This document shows, one piece after another, positions 9,062 to 18,565 of a stretch of DNA of 64,000 nt (within the stretch, counting starts at the first letter, position 1; every line of letters starts with the position of its first letter). Position numbers and translations under genes: made by a program. Source of the DNA: Candidatus Krumholzibacteriales bacterium (GTDB lineage Bacteria; Krumholzibacteriota; Krumholzibacteriia; Krumholzibacteriales; WJIX01); NCBI GenBank assembly GCA_046483305.1, contig JAWODM010000041.1:16486-80485 (forward strand), in the 5' to 3' direction. The notes below the pieces were generated by a model. That model was not told the origin of the DNA. It saw only the letters and a list, made by a program, of their open reading frames with translations, and ran no database searches.

Positions 9062-10324
9062 ATGAAAATCTGTCCATTTATTACACAGACTACTCTGCTG
9101 GAGGATATCGAGAAGGAATCTCTGGTCCTCGAAGCTGAAGAAAATGATATAAGCAGCGAGGTGGAGGAGGAAGAGGCCGAAGATAAAGACCCCTTCATAA
9201 ATCCGGAGGGCGGGGATACCGGTGAAGAAGAGGTATCCGAAGAAGAAGCTGAAAATTCTGAAAACAGCGATGGATACCCGGTAAGATTTATTGCGAAATC
9301 GTATAAGGGGCAGATCAGATGCCTGGAAGAAAACTGCAGGTTCTTCGATGAACAGGCGCAGAACTGCAGATTCGAAGAAGTTATGCGGAGTATGGCATCA
9401 ACCGAAGATCAGCGCTGGGATAAGGTTGAAGAGATAGAAGAGAATGTCGGCAGGGTTCTCGATCTGCACCGCGAGAACACCGAAAAGATTATGGAATCGG
9501 TGGATGAAATGCGCGAGAAAATAAAGGGCGAACTGGAAAGCAGTTTCTTCGAGAGGATGGATGAAATAAAGGAGATGCTCTCCTCGGTAACAGAAGAGAA
9601 CGAGCTTATAATCGATTCCATATCGGATACCCTGGCTGAGAAGACTGTTCACCTGGAAGACAAAATACGCGAGGTGGAAGATAACCGGGATTCCTTCCGC
9701 AGTGAGATTAAGGAATGGAAAGATGGTTTGAAGGAGGGGATGGAGAAGAACCGCGAAATGGTGGATAAGATTTCACAGAATTATTCCGAAGTGGTCAAGA
9801 TGATTGAAAATCAGGATAAGACCCTGGCCGAGAAGGAAGACGAGAAGAAAAGGAACGAGGCCAGAAAATACAACAACGCAGGCGTGCTGGCTTACCATAA
9901 TGGACAGTACGAAAAGGCGGAGAACCTTTTCAGGAAGGCTATAGAACTCGATTCTGAATTCACCGAAGCCTACAACAACCTGGGACTGACCTATACCGAG
10001 ATACATGAGGAAGACCGGGCAACCGAAGCTTTTAAAAAGGCGATCGAACTGGACCCTGAACTGTCCACCACATATAATAACCTTGGATACGCTTTCTACT
10101 GCCTCGGCTCATATCAGGAAGCGGTCGAAATGTATAAGGAAGCGATCAGTAAGAGCGGACAAAACAGCTCCGCCTATACTAACCTGGGAAACGCCTATTA
10201 TAAGATGGAGAATATAGAAGAGGCGATTGAAGCGTGGCAGACCGCGCTGGAGATAGATCCCGGTAATGAGAAAGCCAGGAGAAACCTGAAGCGATTCCAC
10301 GCGGAAACCAGTAATGAAAGCTGA
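9062..10324 (+). CDS. Cys-motif / acidic / coiled-coil / TPR protein
   Basis: N-terminal KICPF...C-x4-C-x9-C, acidic tract, E/K-rich coiled coil, 4 canonical TPRs (AYNNLG, TYNNLG, AYTNLG). Confidence 0.85.
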   Translation: MKICPFITQTTLLEDIEKESLVLEAEENDISSEVEEEEAEDKDPFINPEGGDTGEEEVSEEEAENSENSDGYPVRFIAKSYKGQIRCLEENCRFFDEQAQNCRFEEVMRSMASTEDQRWDKVEEIEENVGRVLDLHRENTEKIMESVDEMREKIKGELESSFFERMDEIKEMLSSVTEENELIIDSISDTLAEKTVHLEDKIREVEDNRDSFRSEIKEWKDGLKEGMEKNREMVDKISQNYSEVVKMIENQDKTLAEKEDEKKRNEARKYNNAGVLAYHNGQYEKAENLFRKAIELDSEFTEAYNNLGLTYTEIHEEDRATEAFKKAIELDPELSTTYNNLGYAFYCLGSYQEAVEMYKEAISKSGQNSSAYTNLGNAYYKMENIEEAIEAWQTALEIDPGNEKARRNLKRFHAETSNES

Positions 10325-10379
10325 GTGCCGGGCCGATCGGCGGAAGATCTTATTTTATAGTGAGATATCAGCCGCGGCC

Positions 10380-10589
10380 CTATTTCAGGAACCCGAGCTT
10401 CCTGACTCTCACAGCCTGAAGGCCATTGTATCTTTCCTCTAGTTCGTATTCGACGCCCTCTCCCTCGCTAAGAGTGCGGAATCCCCTCCCCAGGATATTG
10501 GAATAGTGGACAAATATATTCTTACCGTCCTCCTGCCTGATAAAACCGTAACCTTCGTTCTCGTTGAACCATTTTACCTTTCCGCGCAT
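10380..10589 (-). CDS. Cold-shock domain protein
   Basis: MRGKVKWFNENEGYGFI...IFVHYS...GFRTLSEGE (RNP1/RNP2); AAGGAGG SD. Confidence 0.95.
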   Translation of the reverse strand: MRGKVKWFNENEGYGFIRQEDGKNIFVHYSNILGRGFRTLSEGEGVEYELEERYNGLQAVRVRKLGFLK

Positions 10590-10794
10590 CACAGATAGTG
10601 CAGCCTCCTTACGAACTTTACCGGACAAATTATTATAAAATCGTTCGATTTTTCTTATTCTATATCAATATAAGAAATATTTCAAGAGTCAAAAACAGGC
10701 CTGAAAAAACGGGCCGGGGAGGAATAATCCCCGGAAATCATACTGAATATAAATCTTTACAGCGACAATTATTGCAGTTAAAGTGAAATCGAAA

Positions 10795-10945
10795 ATGGGT
10801 AACCCGTTAATCATAAAAACTTTCCCTGAAAGGATACAGGCGGAGCTGGCAGGTTCCAAACTGCGAAGTTGAGGAGTCCGACTGCTTGTAAAAGAGAAAG
10901 ATGCCCCCAAATCAGAAAATATTCCGGAGGGGAAAGAAAGCTGGC
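10795..10945 (+). pseudogene. Degenerate remnant of a DUF2007-like gene
   Basis: MGNPLIIKTFPERIQAELAGSKLRS*GVRLLVKEKDA resembles the N- and C-terminal parts of DUF2007 with the middle missing and an in-frame TGA at 10870. Confidence 0.4.
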
Positions 10946-10991
10946 TGGCCGTGGATTTGCACACGGCGATGCATGATAAAAAGGAGATTCC

Positions 10992-11438
10992 ATGGATAAA
11001 AAGAGATATATCGGGATTATTATTTGTGACCGGTACCGCAGATGCGCCGGAGGAAAATGCTTCAGATCGCTGCGAAATAGAGAAGGAGCCTTCGAACGCT
11101 ACAGGAACGCGGAAGTAGAAGTGGCGGGATATACGACCTGCGACGGATGCCCGGGAGGTAATATAGAATATGCCGTCGAGGAAATGACAGGAAACGGCGC
11201 GGAGGTAATACACCTTGCCACCGGACTGATAGTAGGGTATCCCCCCTGCCCCTATATAAATTATTTCCGTGATTTCATAGAAAAAAGATATGGACTGGAG
11301 GTGGTATTCAGCACTCATCCCATTCCCCGGAAATACCTGAATATGCACACCAGCCTGGGAACCTGGGATGAACCGGGTTGGGAGGAAATAACAAAACCGG
11401 TCATGGCGGACGGGAAAATCCGGTTATCTTACGACTAG
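10992..11438 (+). CDS. CGGC-domain protein (putative metal/Fe-S binding)
   Basis: IGIIIC...CAGGKCF, TCDGCPG, IHLATG...YPPCP, V...STH. Confidence 0.85.
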   Translation: MDKKRYIGIIICDRYRRCAGGKCFRSLRNREGAFERYRNAEVEVAGYTTCDGCPGGNIEYAVEEMTGNGAEVIHLATGLIVGYPPCPYINYFRDFIEKRYGLEVVFSTHPIPRKYLNMHTSLGTWDEPGWEEITKPVMADGKIRLSYD

Positions 11439-11557
11439 GCTCTTTATTTACCATCAGTTACAATAGTCCATAATTTTGGCTGAAGCTGGATATCCGAAAG
11501 GGCTGTTCCCCCTTTATTTGTGGGTTAACTATCTGTCAATATTAAATATACGAAATA

Positions 11558-11574
11558 TTGGCACTGTTCTTGCG
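11558..11574 (+). promoter_or_regulatory. sigma54 (-24/-12) promoter of the FHA-phosphoesterase-kinase operon
   Basis: TTGGCACTGTTCTTGCG, near-perfect TGGCAC-N5-TTGC, about 40 nt upstream of ATG 11615. Confidence 0.75.
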
Positions 11575-11614
11575 AATATAATCAAACAAAAATCTTAGGC
11601 CGGATAATATATTT

Positions 11615-12955
11615 ATGTCCAGACTGCAGATACCATATAACCATGTCATTTTCTCACCGCGGGACTTTGAAGAAGACGGACTGGACTCCGTTCTCAAGGG
11701 CCTGCTGGAAAAGAGCGCCGATAATCCGGTAATCCTTGAAATTTTCAATAATCATATTCAGTATTTCCTGTTTCTGCGCGAGAGCCAGTTTTACTGGGCA
11801 GGCAAGCATTCCCATAAAGGGTTTGCTAACATAAACATTTCGGAACTTCTAATTGAAATACGCAGGATGGAATTTCCCCACGCGGTAGCATACCAGTCGG
11901 GCATAGTACTTTTCCATTCAATACTGGTTTATATGCAGAACAAGCCTGAGCTTAAGGTGAGCTCGACCCTGGTTGACCTGGAGGAACTGGTTGACCGCGC
12001 CGAGTCGGAGAGGAAAAATGCATTGATTACGGCCTATCAGCCCAATAACATCCTGATGCTCAGACTCAAGGATTCCAAACCGGTTGCCTTTTTCAATGAA
12101 TTCTGCAAAGAGCACCCTCCGGACCGGGATATGAGGGAGGAATTTCTGGTAGCGACTTATACTCATTCCGTTCACGCCCCTTTTGAAATAACCCTTCATT
12201 CCAACCTGGTTGTGGAAAAAGCTTATGATTCCAGGCCGATTCCGCCGGAATACCTGGACAGAATAACATCCTTCTATCTGAGTGAACCCCCCAGGCTGGT
12301 GGTAAAACTGAAGAACCGGCCTCTGAAAACCTATAAATTCATAGGCAAGGAGCTTACCATAGGGAGGCATCCGGATAATGACATCGAGATCGATAACCTG
12401 AGCGTTTCACGAAAGCACGCAAGCATTACCATCAGGGGCAATGATTATATTGTCAATGACCTGGGAAGCAGAAACAACACTTACCTCAACGGAAAAAAGA
12501 TAAAAAGTGAAGCGCTGAACAATAACGATACCATATCCATAGGGAAATATCAGATTCAATTCAAAATGCCTGAAATAAAGGAAAAAGCTCCGGTTGAAAT
12601 GGACAGGACCGTTATAATTCCCGGCTACCATAACCAGTCAGATGGGATCGATATAGACTTCAGCGACAAATCTGACTGCCCCGCCAAACTCCTCCAGAGA
12701 AAAAACCAGGAGATACACCTGCTGGACCGGGACAGAATGGTAATAGGCAGATCCAGAAAAGCGGATATTCGTTTCACCGGCCTGCTCGCTCCCAGAGTTG
12801 AGCTTGAAATTTCCCGGGAAAACGACGAATATATAATCAAGAAAACCCGGGGGAAAAAAGATGTAAGAATAAACGGCGAGAGAATGCATGAAAAGACCCT
12901 GGAGGAAGAAGACCTCATAGCGGTCGGTTCTGAGGAGTTCGTCTTTAAGAATTAG
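11615..12955 (+). CDS. FHA-domain protein (uncharacterised N-terminal domain, one intact and one degenerate FHA)
   Basis: IGRHPDNDIEIDNLSVSRKHA...DLGSRNNTYLNG; second IGRSRKADI...VRING domain. Confidence 0.88.
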   Translation: MSRLQIPYNHVIFSPRDFEEDGLDSVLKGLLEKSADNPVILEIFNNHIQYFLFLRESQFYWAGKHSHKGFANINISELLIEIRRMEFPHAVAYQSGIVLFHSILVYMQNKPELKVSSTLVDLEELVDRAESERKNALITAYQPNNILMLRLKDSKPVAFFNEFCKEHPPDRDMREEFLVATYTHSVHAPFEITLHSNLVVEKAYDSRPIPPEYLDRITSFYLSEPPRLVVKLKNRPLKTYKFIGKELTIGRHPDNDIEIDNLSVSRKHASITIRGNDYIVNDLGSRNNTYLNGKKIKSEALNNNDTISIGKYQIQFKMPEIKEKAPVEMDRTVIIPGYHNQSDGIDIDFSDKSDCPAKLLQRKNQEIHLLDRDRMVIGRSRKADIRFTGLLAPRVELEISRENDEYIIKKTRGKKDVRINGERMHEKTLEEEDLIAVGSEEFVFKN

Positions 12956-12969
12956 CAGGTCGTGATTCT

Positions 12970-13698
12970 ATGAAGATAATTGTTTTTTCCGACGTTCACG
13001 GCAACCTTGAATCTCTCCGGAGAGTGGTCGAAGAATTCAGAGCGATTGAGCCGGACCTGGTGGTATCTCTGGGAGATGTTGTCGGTTACGGGGCTCAGCC
13101 GGCAGAGTGCATCGAGCTGGTATGGAAAACCGCCGACATACTTATCTCGGGGAATCACGACTATGCGGCAGCGGGATTGACCCCCACAGATAACTTCAAC
13201 CCGGTAGCCCGGAACTCGATTAAATGGACCGCTGACGCATTGAACCAGCGGCAGATAAATTTCCTGAAGAGTTTTCAGCCCCTGGTACACCGCCGGGATT
13301 GCCTGTTCACCCATTCATCTCCTCTTTCCCCTCTGGAATGGCCATATATAACGACCCTGGCTCAATCCAGGGAGATTCTGGAAAAGACGGAGGAGAAATT
13401 CATATTCATAGGCCATACCCATATCCCGGCGCTTATAAGTTTCGATAGCCACGGTCAAATAGAATACCTGCTCAACTCCCCGGTCAGAATCGAACCCGGT
13501 TTCAGATACCTTATAAATGCGGGTAGTGTCGGGCAGCCCAGAGACGGCATAAATGCTGCATGTTTTACCCTGCTGGATACCGACAGCGGTTTTATCGAGC
13601 AGAAGAGAGTGGAATACGATTTCAGAGCCACTCAGAGGGAAATACTGCATGCCGGCCTCCCCGAAAGGCTGGCATCCAGGCTCGAAAGCGGAGAATAG
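12970..13698 (+). CDS. Calcineurin-like metallophosphoesterase (putative protein phosphatase)
   Basis: SDVHGN, LGDVVGYG, GNHD, GHTH, NAGSVGQPRDG. Confidence 0.92.
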   Translation: MKIIVFSDVHGNLESLRRVVEEFRAIEPDLVVSLGDVVGYGAQPAECIELVWKTADILISGNHDYAAAGLTPTDNFNPVARNSIKWTADALNQRQINFLKSFQPLVHRRDCLFTHSSPLSPLEWPYITTLAQSREILEKTEEKFIFIGHTHIPALISFDSHGQIEYLLNSPVRIEPGFRYLINAGSVGQPRDGINAACFTLLDTDSGFIEQKRVEYDFRATQREILHAGLPERLASRLESGE

Positions 13699-13702
13699 AA
13701 AG

Positions 13703-15400
13703 ATGAAAAAGCAGAATTACCGTGTACTGAAAACACTGACTTCCGGAAGCACTTCAGTGATTTACGAAGCCCTTCAGACATCGCTGGACAGAAAGGTAAT
13801 AATAAAGAAACTTCATCCCCATCTAACCTCCGATCCCGGTTTTATCAACCGTTTTGAAATGGAGGCCAAGACCGCGGCCTCCCTGAACCATGAAAATATA
13901 GTCAGGATAATTGATTCCGGAAAGCAGAACGGAAGCTACTATATCGTGATGGAATTTATCGAAGGGATATCCCTTAGAAAGCTGATAGATAAATCTTCCC
14001 CCCTGGATGAGGAGGCCTCGATGCTGATCGCACACGGTATATGCATGGGGCTCAATCACGCTCACAGCCGGGGAATAATACACCGCGATATCAAACCGGC
14101 TAATATTATGATCTCAAATGAAGGTGTAGCTAAAATCACAGATTTCGGCCTGGCCAAACTGATCAGAAGCCAGGTCAATCAGACCCAGTCCGGCTCCCTG
14201 CTGGGAACGCCTCTGTATATGTCGCCGGAACAGGCGGTAGGCGGCGAAGTAGACGGAAGAAGCGATCTGTTCTCTCTCGGCACCATATGCTATGAGATGG
14301 TTACCGGCGAAAAGCCTTTCAGAGGCGGAAACTATGCCGCTGTAATCCAGAGCATACTAAGTTCATCGACGAAAGAACTCTCCAAATCCATCAGAGGGAG
14401 CTCTAAGGTCAGAAAACTCATTATGGATGCTCTGCATAGAGATCCGGAAAAGAGATTCAGTTCCGGCGCCGAGATGGCTGCGGCGATAGAGCAAACCGTT
14501 GGTCAAGAGAAGGTTTTATCCGCCGGAGATATACTGAAATCATACCTGACCCGGAAGAGGCCCCCCGCGCCTCGAAGAAGGCGGAAAAAGAGAAACAGCG
14601 GTCGGATAATGCGGCGCACTGCGGCCTTACTTCTTATGGGGGCGATTATTCTGGCATTGCCTCTGAATCCTCATCAGATGAAGTCGGTTCTTCGCAACCT
14701 CCGCTCGGCAAACGAAAGCAGAAGCGCCGGCGAAGAGTTGAGAGCGGGGATGGAAGGAAGCGGCGGATTCGGATTTATAGAGGCAGATCCGGAACCGGCT
14801 CCCCCCTCCGACACATCCGGAGAGGCGGAAGATAAAAGCCAGCCGGAGCCTTCCGTTGAAGAGAGCGAACCGGCTGAAAGAGCGGCTGAACATCCCGCCG
14901 TTCCGGAAGACGCCCCGGCGGAAGAGAAGACAGAACCCACTCAGGCCATTGACGAGGAAGAGAAGATTCCCTCAGGATACCTGGACGTGCACGTGAAACC
15001 CGAAGCGGCTATCTTCATAGACGGAAAGCAGGAGATCTTCGGGAACCACCTGGGGCCGATGCCTATAAAACCGGGAAGGCACAGTCTTCTTATCCGCAGA
15101 ACAGGTTACGAGAATTATACCGAAGTGATAAACATTATCGGGGATGAACTCTCCAGAAGAAGGATAAAACTGGTTCCGGTAAAGGGTAAAATAGAAATAG
15201 ATACCACGGCCGGAGCCAGGCTCTTTATCGACGGAGAATTTGTTCTGGTTACTCCGGCTGCCTCGCCGGTCCTCGTTGAAGCCGGCCCCCACAGGGTCAA
15301 GCTGGTCAAGGAAGGTTTCGCCATCTGGGAAAATACGGTTGAGGTTCAGCCCCGCGGCGCCCTCCGGCTGAATATTACCATGGTGAAGGAAAAGCCCTAA
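13703..15400 (+). CDS. Hanks-type Ser/Thr protein kinase with TM segment and PEGA domains
   Basis: VIIKKL, HRDIKPANI, DFGLA, GTPLYMSPEQ, DLFSLG; hydrophobic segment; two C-terminal PEGA-like repeats; start at ATG 13703. Confidence 0.93.
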   Translation: MKKQNYRVLKTLTSGSTSVIYEALQTSLDRKVIIKKLHPHLTSDPGFINRFEMEAKTAASLNHENIVRIIDSGKQNGSYYIVMEFIEGISLRKLIDKSSPLDEEASMLIAHGICMGLNHAHSRGIIHRDIKPANIMISNEGVAKITDFGLAKLIRSQVNQTQSGSLLGTPLYMSPEQAVGGEVDGRSDLFSLGTICYEMVTGEKPFRGGNYAAVIQSILSSSTKELSKSIRGSSKVRKLIMDALHRDPEKRFSSGAEMAAAIEQTVGQEKVLSAGDILKSYLTRKRPPAPRRRRKKRNSGRIMRRTAALLLMGAIILALPLNPHQMKSVLRNLRSANESRSAGEELRAGMEGSGGFGFIEADPEPAPPSDTSGEAEDKSQPEPSVEESEPAERAAEHPAVPEDAPAEEKTEPTQAIDEEEKIPSGYLDVHVKPEAAIFIDGKQEIFGNHLGPMPIKPGRHSLLIRRTGYENYTEVINIIGDELSRRRIKLVPVKGKIEIDTTAGARLFIDGEFVLVTPAASPVLVEAGPHRVKLVKEGFAIWENTVEVQPRGALRLNITMVKEKP

Positions 15401-16515
15401 CCTGCTGTCAGAAATTCTTCAGCCGCCCTGATTACATCTTCTACCGCCACCGATTCTATCCTGTGGTCATCCGCCCGGACCGCTGTTACATTATCCACCG
15501 CCGGTTTCCACCGGCCAGGGTCTGTGGGGCCGAACACAGCCACCGACGGAGCTCCCACCGCTCCGGCTATATGCATTATTCCGGTATCGTTGCAGAGGGT
15601 AACGGCGGCGCGGGTCATCACCGACCCCAGGCATCCCACCGAAGGGCTTCTCAGAAGAACCGCTTCCGCTTGGCAACTGCGGATAAAATCACGAAAAACT
15701 TCCGCATCGGCGGGGCCTTCCACCACCACTATCCTCAGTGAATACCTGTGGGCCAGGTAATCAGCGGCGGCTGCAAAGTTTGCCGGAGGCCAGATATTAG
15801 CAACCTTGCCGGCGCCGGGATGAACCAGAATGAAATCGCCTTTTACTTCCTCCCTGATAAACCTCTCCGCCTGTTCCCTTTCACTGTCAGCCGGAACCAG
15901 CAGTGAGGAAAGGTCGGATTCTTTCACATCAAGAACGCCCAGGGGGTAAAGATTATGTTCGCTCTCATGCATACTCTCCAGCTCCCGCTCCGGCGGCAGG
16001 GGCAGTTCAATATGATAGAACCTCTCTGACAGATCGCTTCCGAATGGGCGGCTGGTCACCCCCGCTCTGAGAGAAGCTCCGCTGGCCACCGCCAGGAGCA
16101 TGCTTGTTACCGAGAAAGAAACCGTATTAAGGACTATCACCAGATCGAACCTTTTTCTTCTCAACCCGGCTATCAATCTAACCAGGGAAATCGGATTCCT
16201 GAGATAACGCTTCTTGGAATAAATAATCAATTCGTCGATAAAGGGGTTGTTTCTCACCACCTCCGCATTGATGGTTGCCGCTATAAAAGATATCTCCGCT
16301 TCGGGGAAGCGGCGCCTGATTCCCCTGAGCGCCGGAACGGCCAGCAGCATATCGCCCATCTGATTCTGCTGCCTTATCACCAGGAGTTTTCTTATCTCCC
16401 TTCCATCCAGGACTTCCGGGCCGGTTTTATCAGCGCCCAGGAAGAACCCCAGTATACCGGCAAGTAGTTTTTTCCCGCGTCTTTCCAGTACTTTTATGAT
16501 TACTCTTGCCTCCAT
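15397..16515 (-). CDS. Glycosyltransferase family 9 (LPS heptosyltransferase-like)
   Basis: MGDMLL, HPGAG, W, CNDTGIMHIAGAVG, VFGPTDP..W. Confidence 0.9.
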   Translation of the reverse strand: MEARVIIKVLERRGKKLLAGILGFFLGADKTGPEVLDGREIRKLLVIRQQNQMGDMLLAVPALRGIRRRFPEAEISFIAATINAEVVRNNPFIDELIIYSKKRYLRNPISLVRLIAGLRRKRFDLVIVLNTVSFSVTSMLLAVASGASLRAGVTSRPFGSDLSERFYHIELPLPPERELESMHESEHNLYPLGVLDVKESDLSSLLVPADSEREQAERFIREEVKGDFILVHPGAGKVANIWPPANFAAAADYLAHRYSLRIVVVEGPADAEVFRDFIRSCQAEAVLLRSPSVGCLGSVMTRAAVTLCNDTGIMHIAGAVGAPSVAVFGPTDPGRWKPAVDNVTAVRADDHRIESVAVEDVIRAAEEFLTAG

Positions 16516-16562
16516 GAAAACGGTTCAGCAGTCCGTGGCGCTTTATTGCCCTCTACTCTCAT

Positions 16563-17504
16563 TCAGTACTGAGGCCGCTGCTGCTCTATCTCTTCCAGCA
16601 TACGGATATAGCTGTCATACCTTTCAGAAGCTATATCCCCCCTTTCGACCGCCTCCTTTACCGCGCAACCCGGCTCCCTGTAATGAATACAGGTTTTGAA
16701 ACGGCAATAATCCCTGAATTCTCCGAATTCCAGAAAATAATTCTGGAGTTCGTTCTTATCCACCAGTTCCACCCCGAAACCTCTGATTCCCGGCGTATCT
16801 CCCACGTAACCGCCTCCGCTCAGCGGATGCAGCTCCAGATGGCTGGTAGTGTGCCTTCCCTTGCCTGTCCGGGAACTCACTTTGCCGATTCTGATGTCCA
16901 GGCCGGGCTGGATAACCGAAATGATGGTGGTTTTTCCTGAGCCGGAGGGCCCGGCCATCAGTGAAATTTTCCCTTTCATCAGAGAACTCAGCTGCTCCAT
17001 CCCCTCCCCCTTCTTCGCCGAACAGGTTAAGAATTTATACCCTATACGCCTGTAAATCTCGGCGGTTTCCGACAGATCGCTCCTGTTTTCAATCAGATCG
17101 ATCTTGTTAACGCATATCACAGGCTCAATACCTCCGTATTCTGCTCCCACAATCATCCTGTCCACCAGCCTGGCGTTCAGCTCCGGTTTCTTTACCGCGT
17201 GAATCAGGAAAACATAATCGAGATTGGCGCCCAGAATCTTCTTCTTCCTTCCCCCCGATACCGATCTGGCGAAAACAGATTTTCTCTTTCCAACCGAGAG
17301 TATCAATCCGGTTTTCTGGTGAGAATCCTTTTCTCTATTCACCCTGAAAGTAATCCAGTCTCCCACCACCGGCAGTTTTCCCTCCCCCTCTATCCTGAAC
17401 CGCCCTCTCAGGTAGCACTTGTACTCCTTCTCTCCGCTGACTACATAATAGCCCGATCCCTTGATCCTGATCAGCAACCCTTCCATTATATCTTCAGAAT
17501 TCAT
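16563..17504 (-). CDS. rsgA: Ribosome small subunit-dependent GTPase A
   Basis: VVGDW, NKIDL, GPSGSGKTT, GRHTT, DTPG, C-x4-C-x-H-x5-C zinc finger. Confidence 0.95.
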   Translation of the reverse strand: MNSEDIMEGLLIRIKGSGYYVVSGEKEYKCYLRGRFRIEGEGKLPVVGDWITFRVNREKDSHQKTGLILSVGKRKSVFARSVSGGRKKKILGANLDYVFLIHAVKKPELNARLVDRMIVGAEYGGIEPVICVNKIDLIENRSDLSETAEIYRRIGYKFLTCSAKKGEGMEQLSSLMKGKISLMAGPSGSGKTTIISVIQPGLDIRIGKVSSRTGKGRHTTSHLELHPLSGGGYVGDTPGIRGFGVELVDKNELQNYFLEFGEFRDYCRFKTCIHYREPGCAVKEAVERGDIASERYDSYIRMLEEIEQQRPQY

Positions 17505-17639
17505 TCCCTCTCTGATTCTCCAATTAATTCGTTAAATTACGTAAATCCTGTTTTTTGCCGATAATATAAAAAAACATTTGTATTACAAAGTGTTAATTGT
17601 TATAAAATTCAGGGTAGGTTAAACAGAATTAAGGATGCC

Positions 17640-18098
17640 ATGGAAAGCAAAAAACTTATAGACCATTTCGACAAGGATCTGTGTCTCTTCAATCTGCGTT
17701 CTAAAAAGAAATTTACCGTGCTCAATGAAATGGTGCAGCACCTGGTAAGTACCGGGAAGGTTACTGACGCCGGGCTGATTATGGAAATGCTCAGGAACAG
17801 GGAGAATCTGGGAAGCACCGGCCTGGGCAAGGGAGTTGCCTTCCCCCACGGCAAATCAGTTGCCATAAAAGAGCTTACTGTTCTGTTCGGAAGGTCTCCC
17901 TACGGGATTGACTTCGACGCGGCAGACAGCAAGGATGTTTATATATTTTTTCTGATACTGGCTCCCACTGACAGCAACGCTGAAACCTATCTTGAGCTGC
18001 TCAGCGATCTCCTGGGTATTATTAAACAGCCGGATAAACTGAAGAGACTTCACGAAATCAAGAATTTTGAATCCTTGAAAGAAGTGTTGGGAGGATGA
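17640..18098 (+). CDS. PTS EIIA (fructose/nitrogen-type, PtsN-like)
   Basis: RENLGSTGLGKGVAFPHG phospho-His motif; GIDFDAAD. Confidence 0.9.
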   Translation: MESKKLIDHFDKDLCLFNLRSKKKFTVLNEMVQHLVSTGKVTDAGLIMEMLRNRENLGSTGLGKGVAFPHGKSVAIKELTVLFGRSPYGIDFDAADSKDVYIFFLILAPTDSNAETYLELLSDLLGIIKQPDKLKRLHEIKNFESLKEVLGG

Positions 18099-18102
18099 TA
18101 CC

Positions 18103-18447
18103 TTGACCGAAGATCTGAGATTTCTTCTAGCCCTGCAGGATCTGGATATAATGATAAGAGAGGTTAAAGACAAATCCACCTCCAGAGAGCTTGAGAACAT
18201 GGGTTTCGAGCTTTCCGGACTCGACGAACTTAAGACCGCCCGTGAAAACCTTGCGAAACAAATATCACCGGAAATGATTAACAGGTACGAAAAGCTGAAA
18301 AAAGCTTACCAGCTTGCGATCCTGCCCATAACCGGCGATATATGTCTTGGATGTTTCGGAAAACTGCCAACCAAATTCTTTTCTTCTGAGACCAGAAGAG
18401 ATATTATAACCTGCGAAAACTGCGGAAGAATCCTTTATATTATATAG
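18103..18447 (+). CDS. Short DUF164-like C4 zinc-ribbon protein
   Basis: LLALQDLD N-terminus; CLGC...CENCGRIL C-terminus; long coiled coil absent. Confidence 0.8.
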   Translation: MTEDLRFLLALQDLDIMIREVKDKSTSRELENMGFELSGLDELKTARENLAKQISPEMINRYEKLKKAYQLAILPITGDICLGCFGKLPTKFFSSETRRDIITCENCGRILYII

Positions 18448-18565
18448 AAATAAGCGGCTTTCAGATATGAGATGGAAAATTATTTAATTTTTCCCTTCTG
18501 TTGAATCATTTCCCTTGAAGTTAATAATATTTCCGGGTAAAATAATTTAACAGAGGAGGGTTTCC

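Noticed and set aside
10870..10872. TGA as a second selenocysteine codon
   Set aside because: Not at a Cys-equivalent motif and no convincing SECIS hairpin follows.
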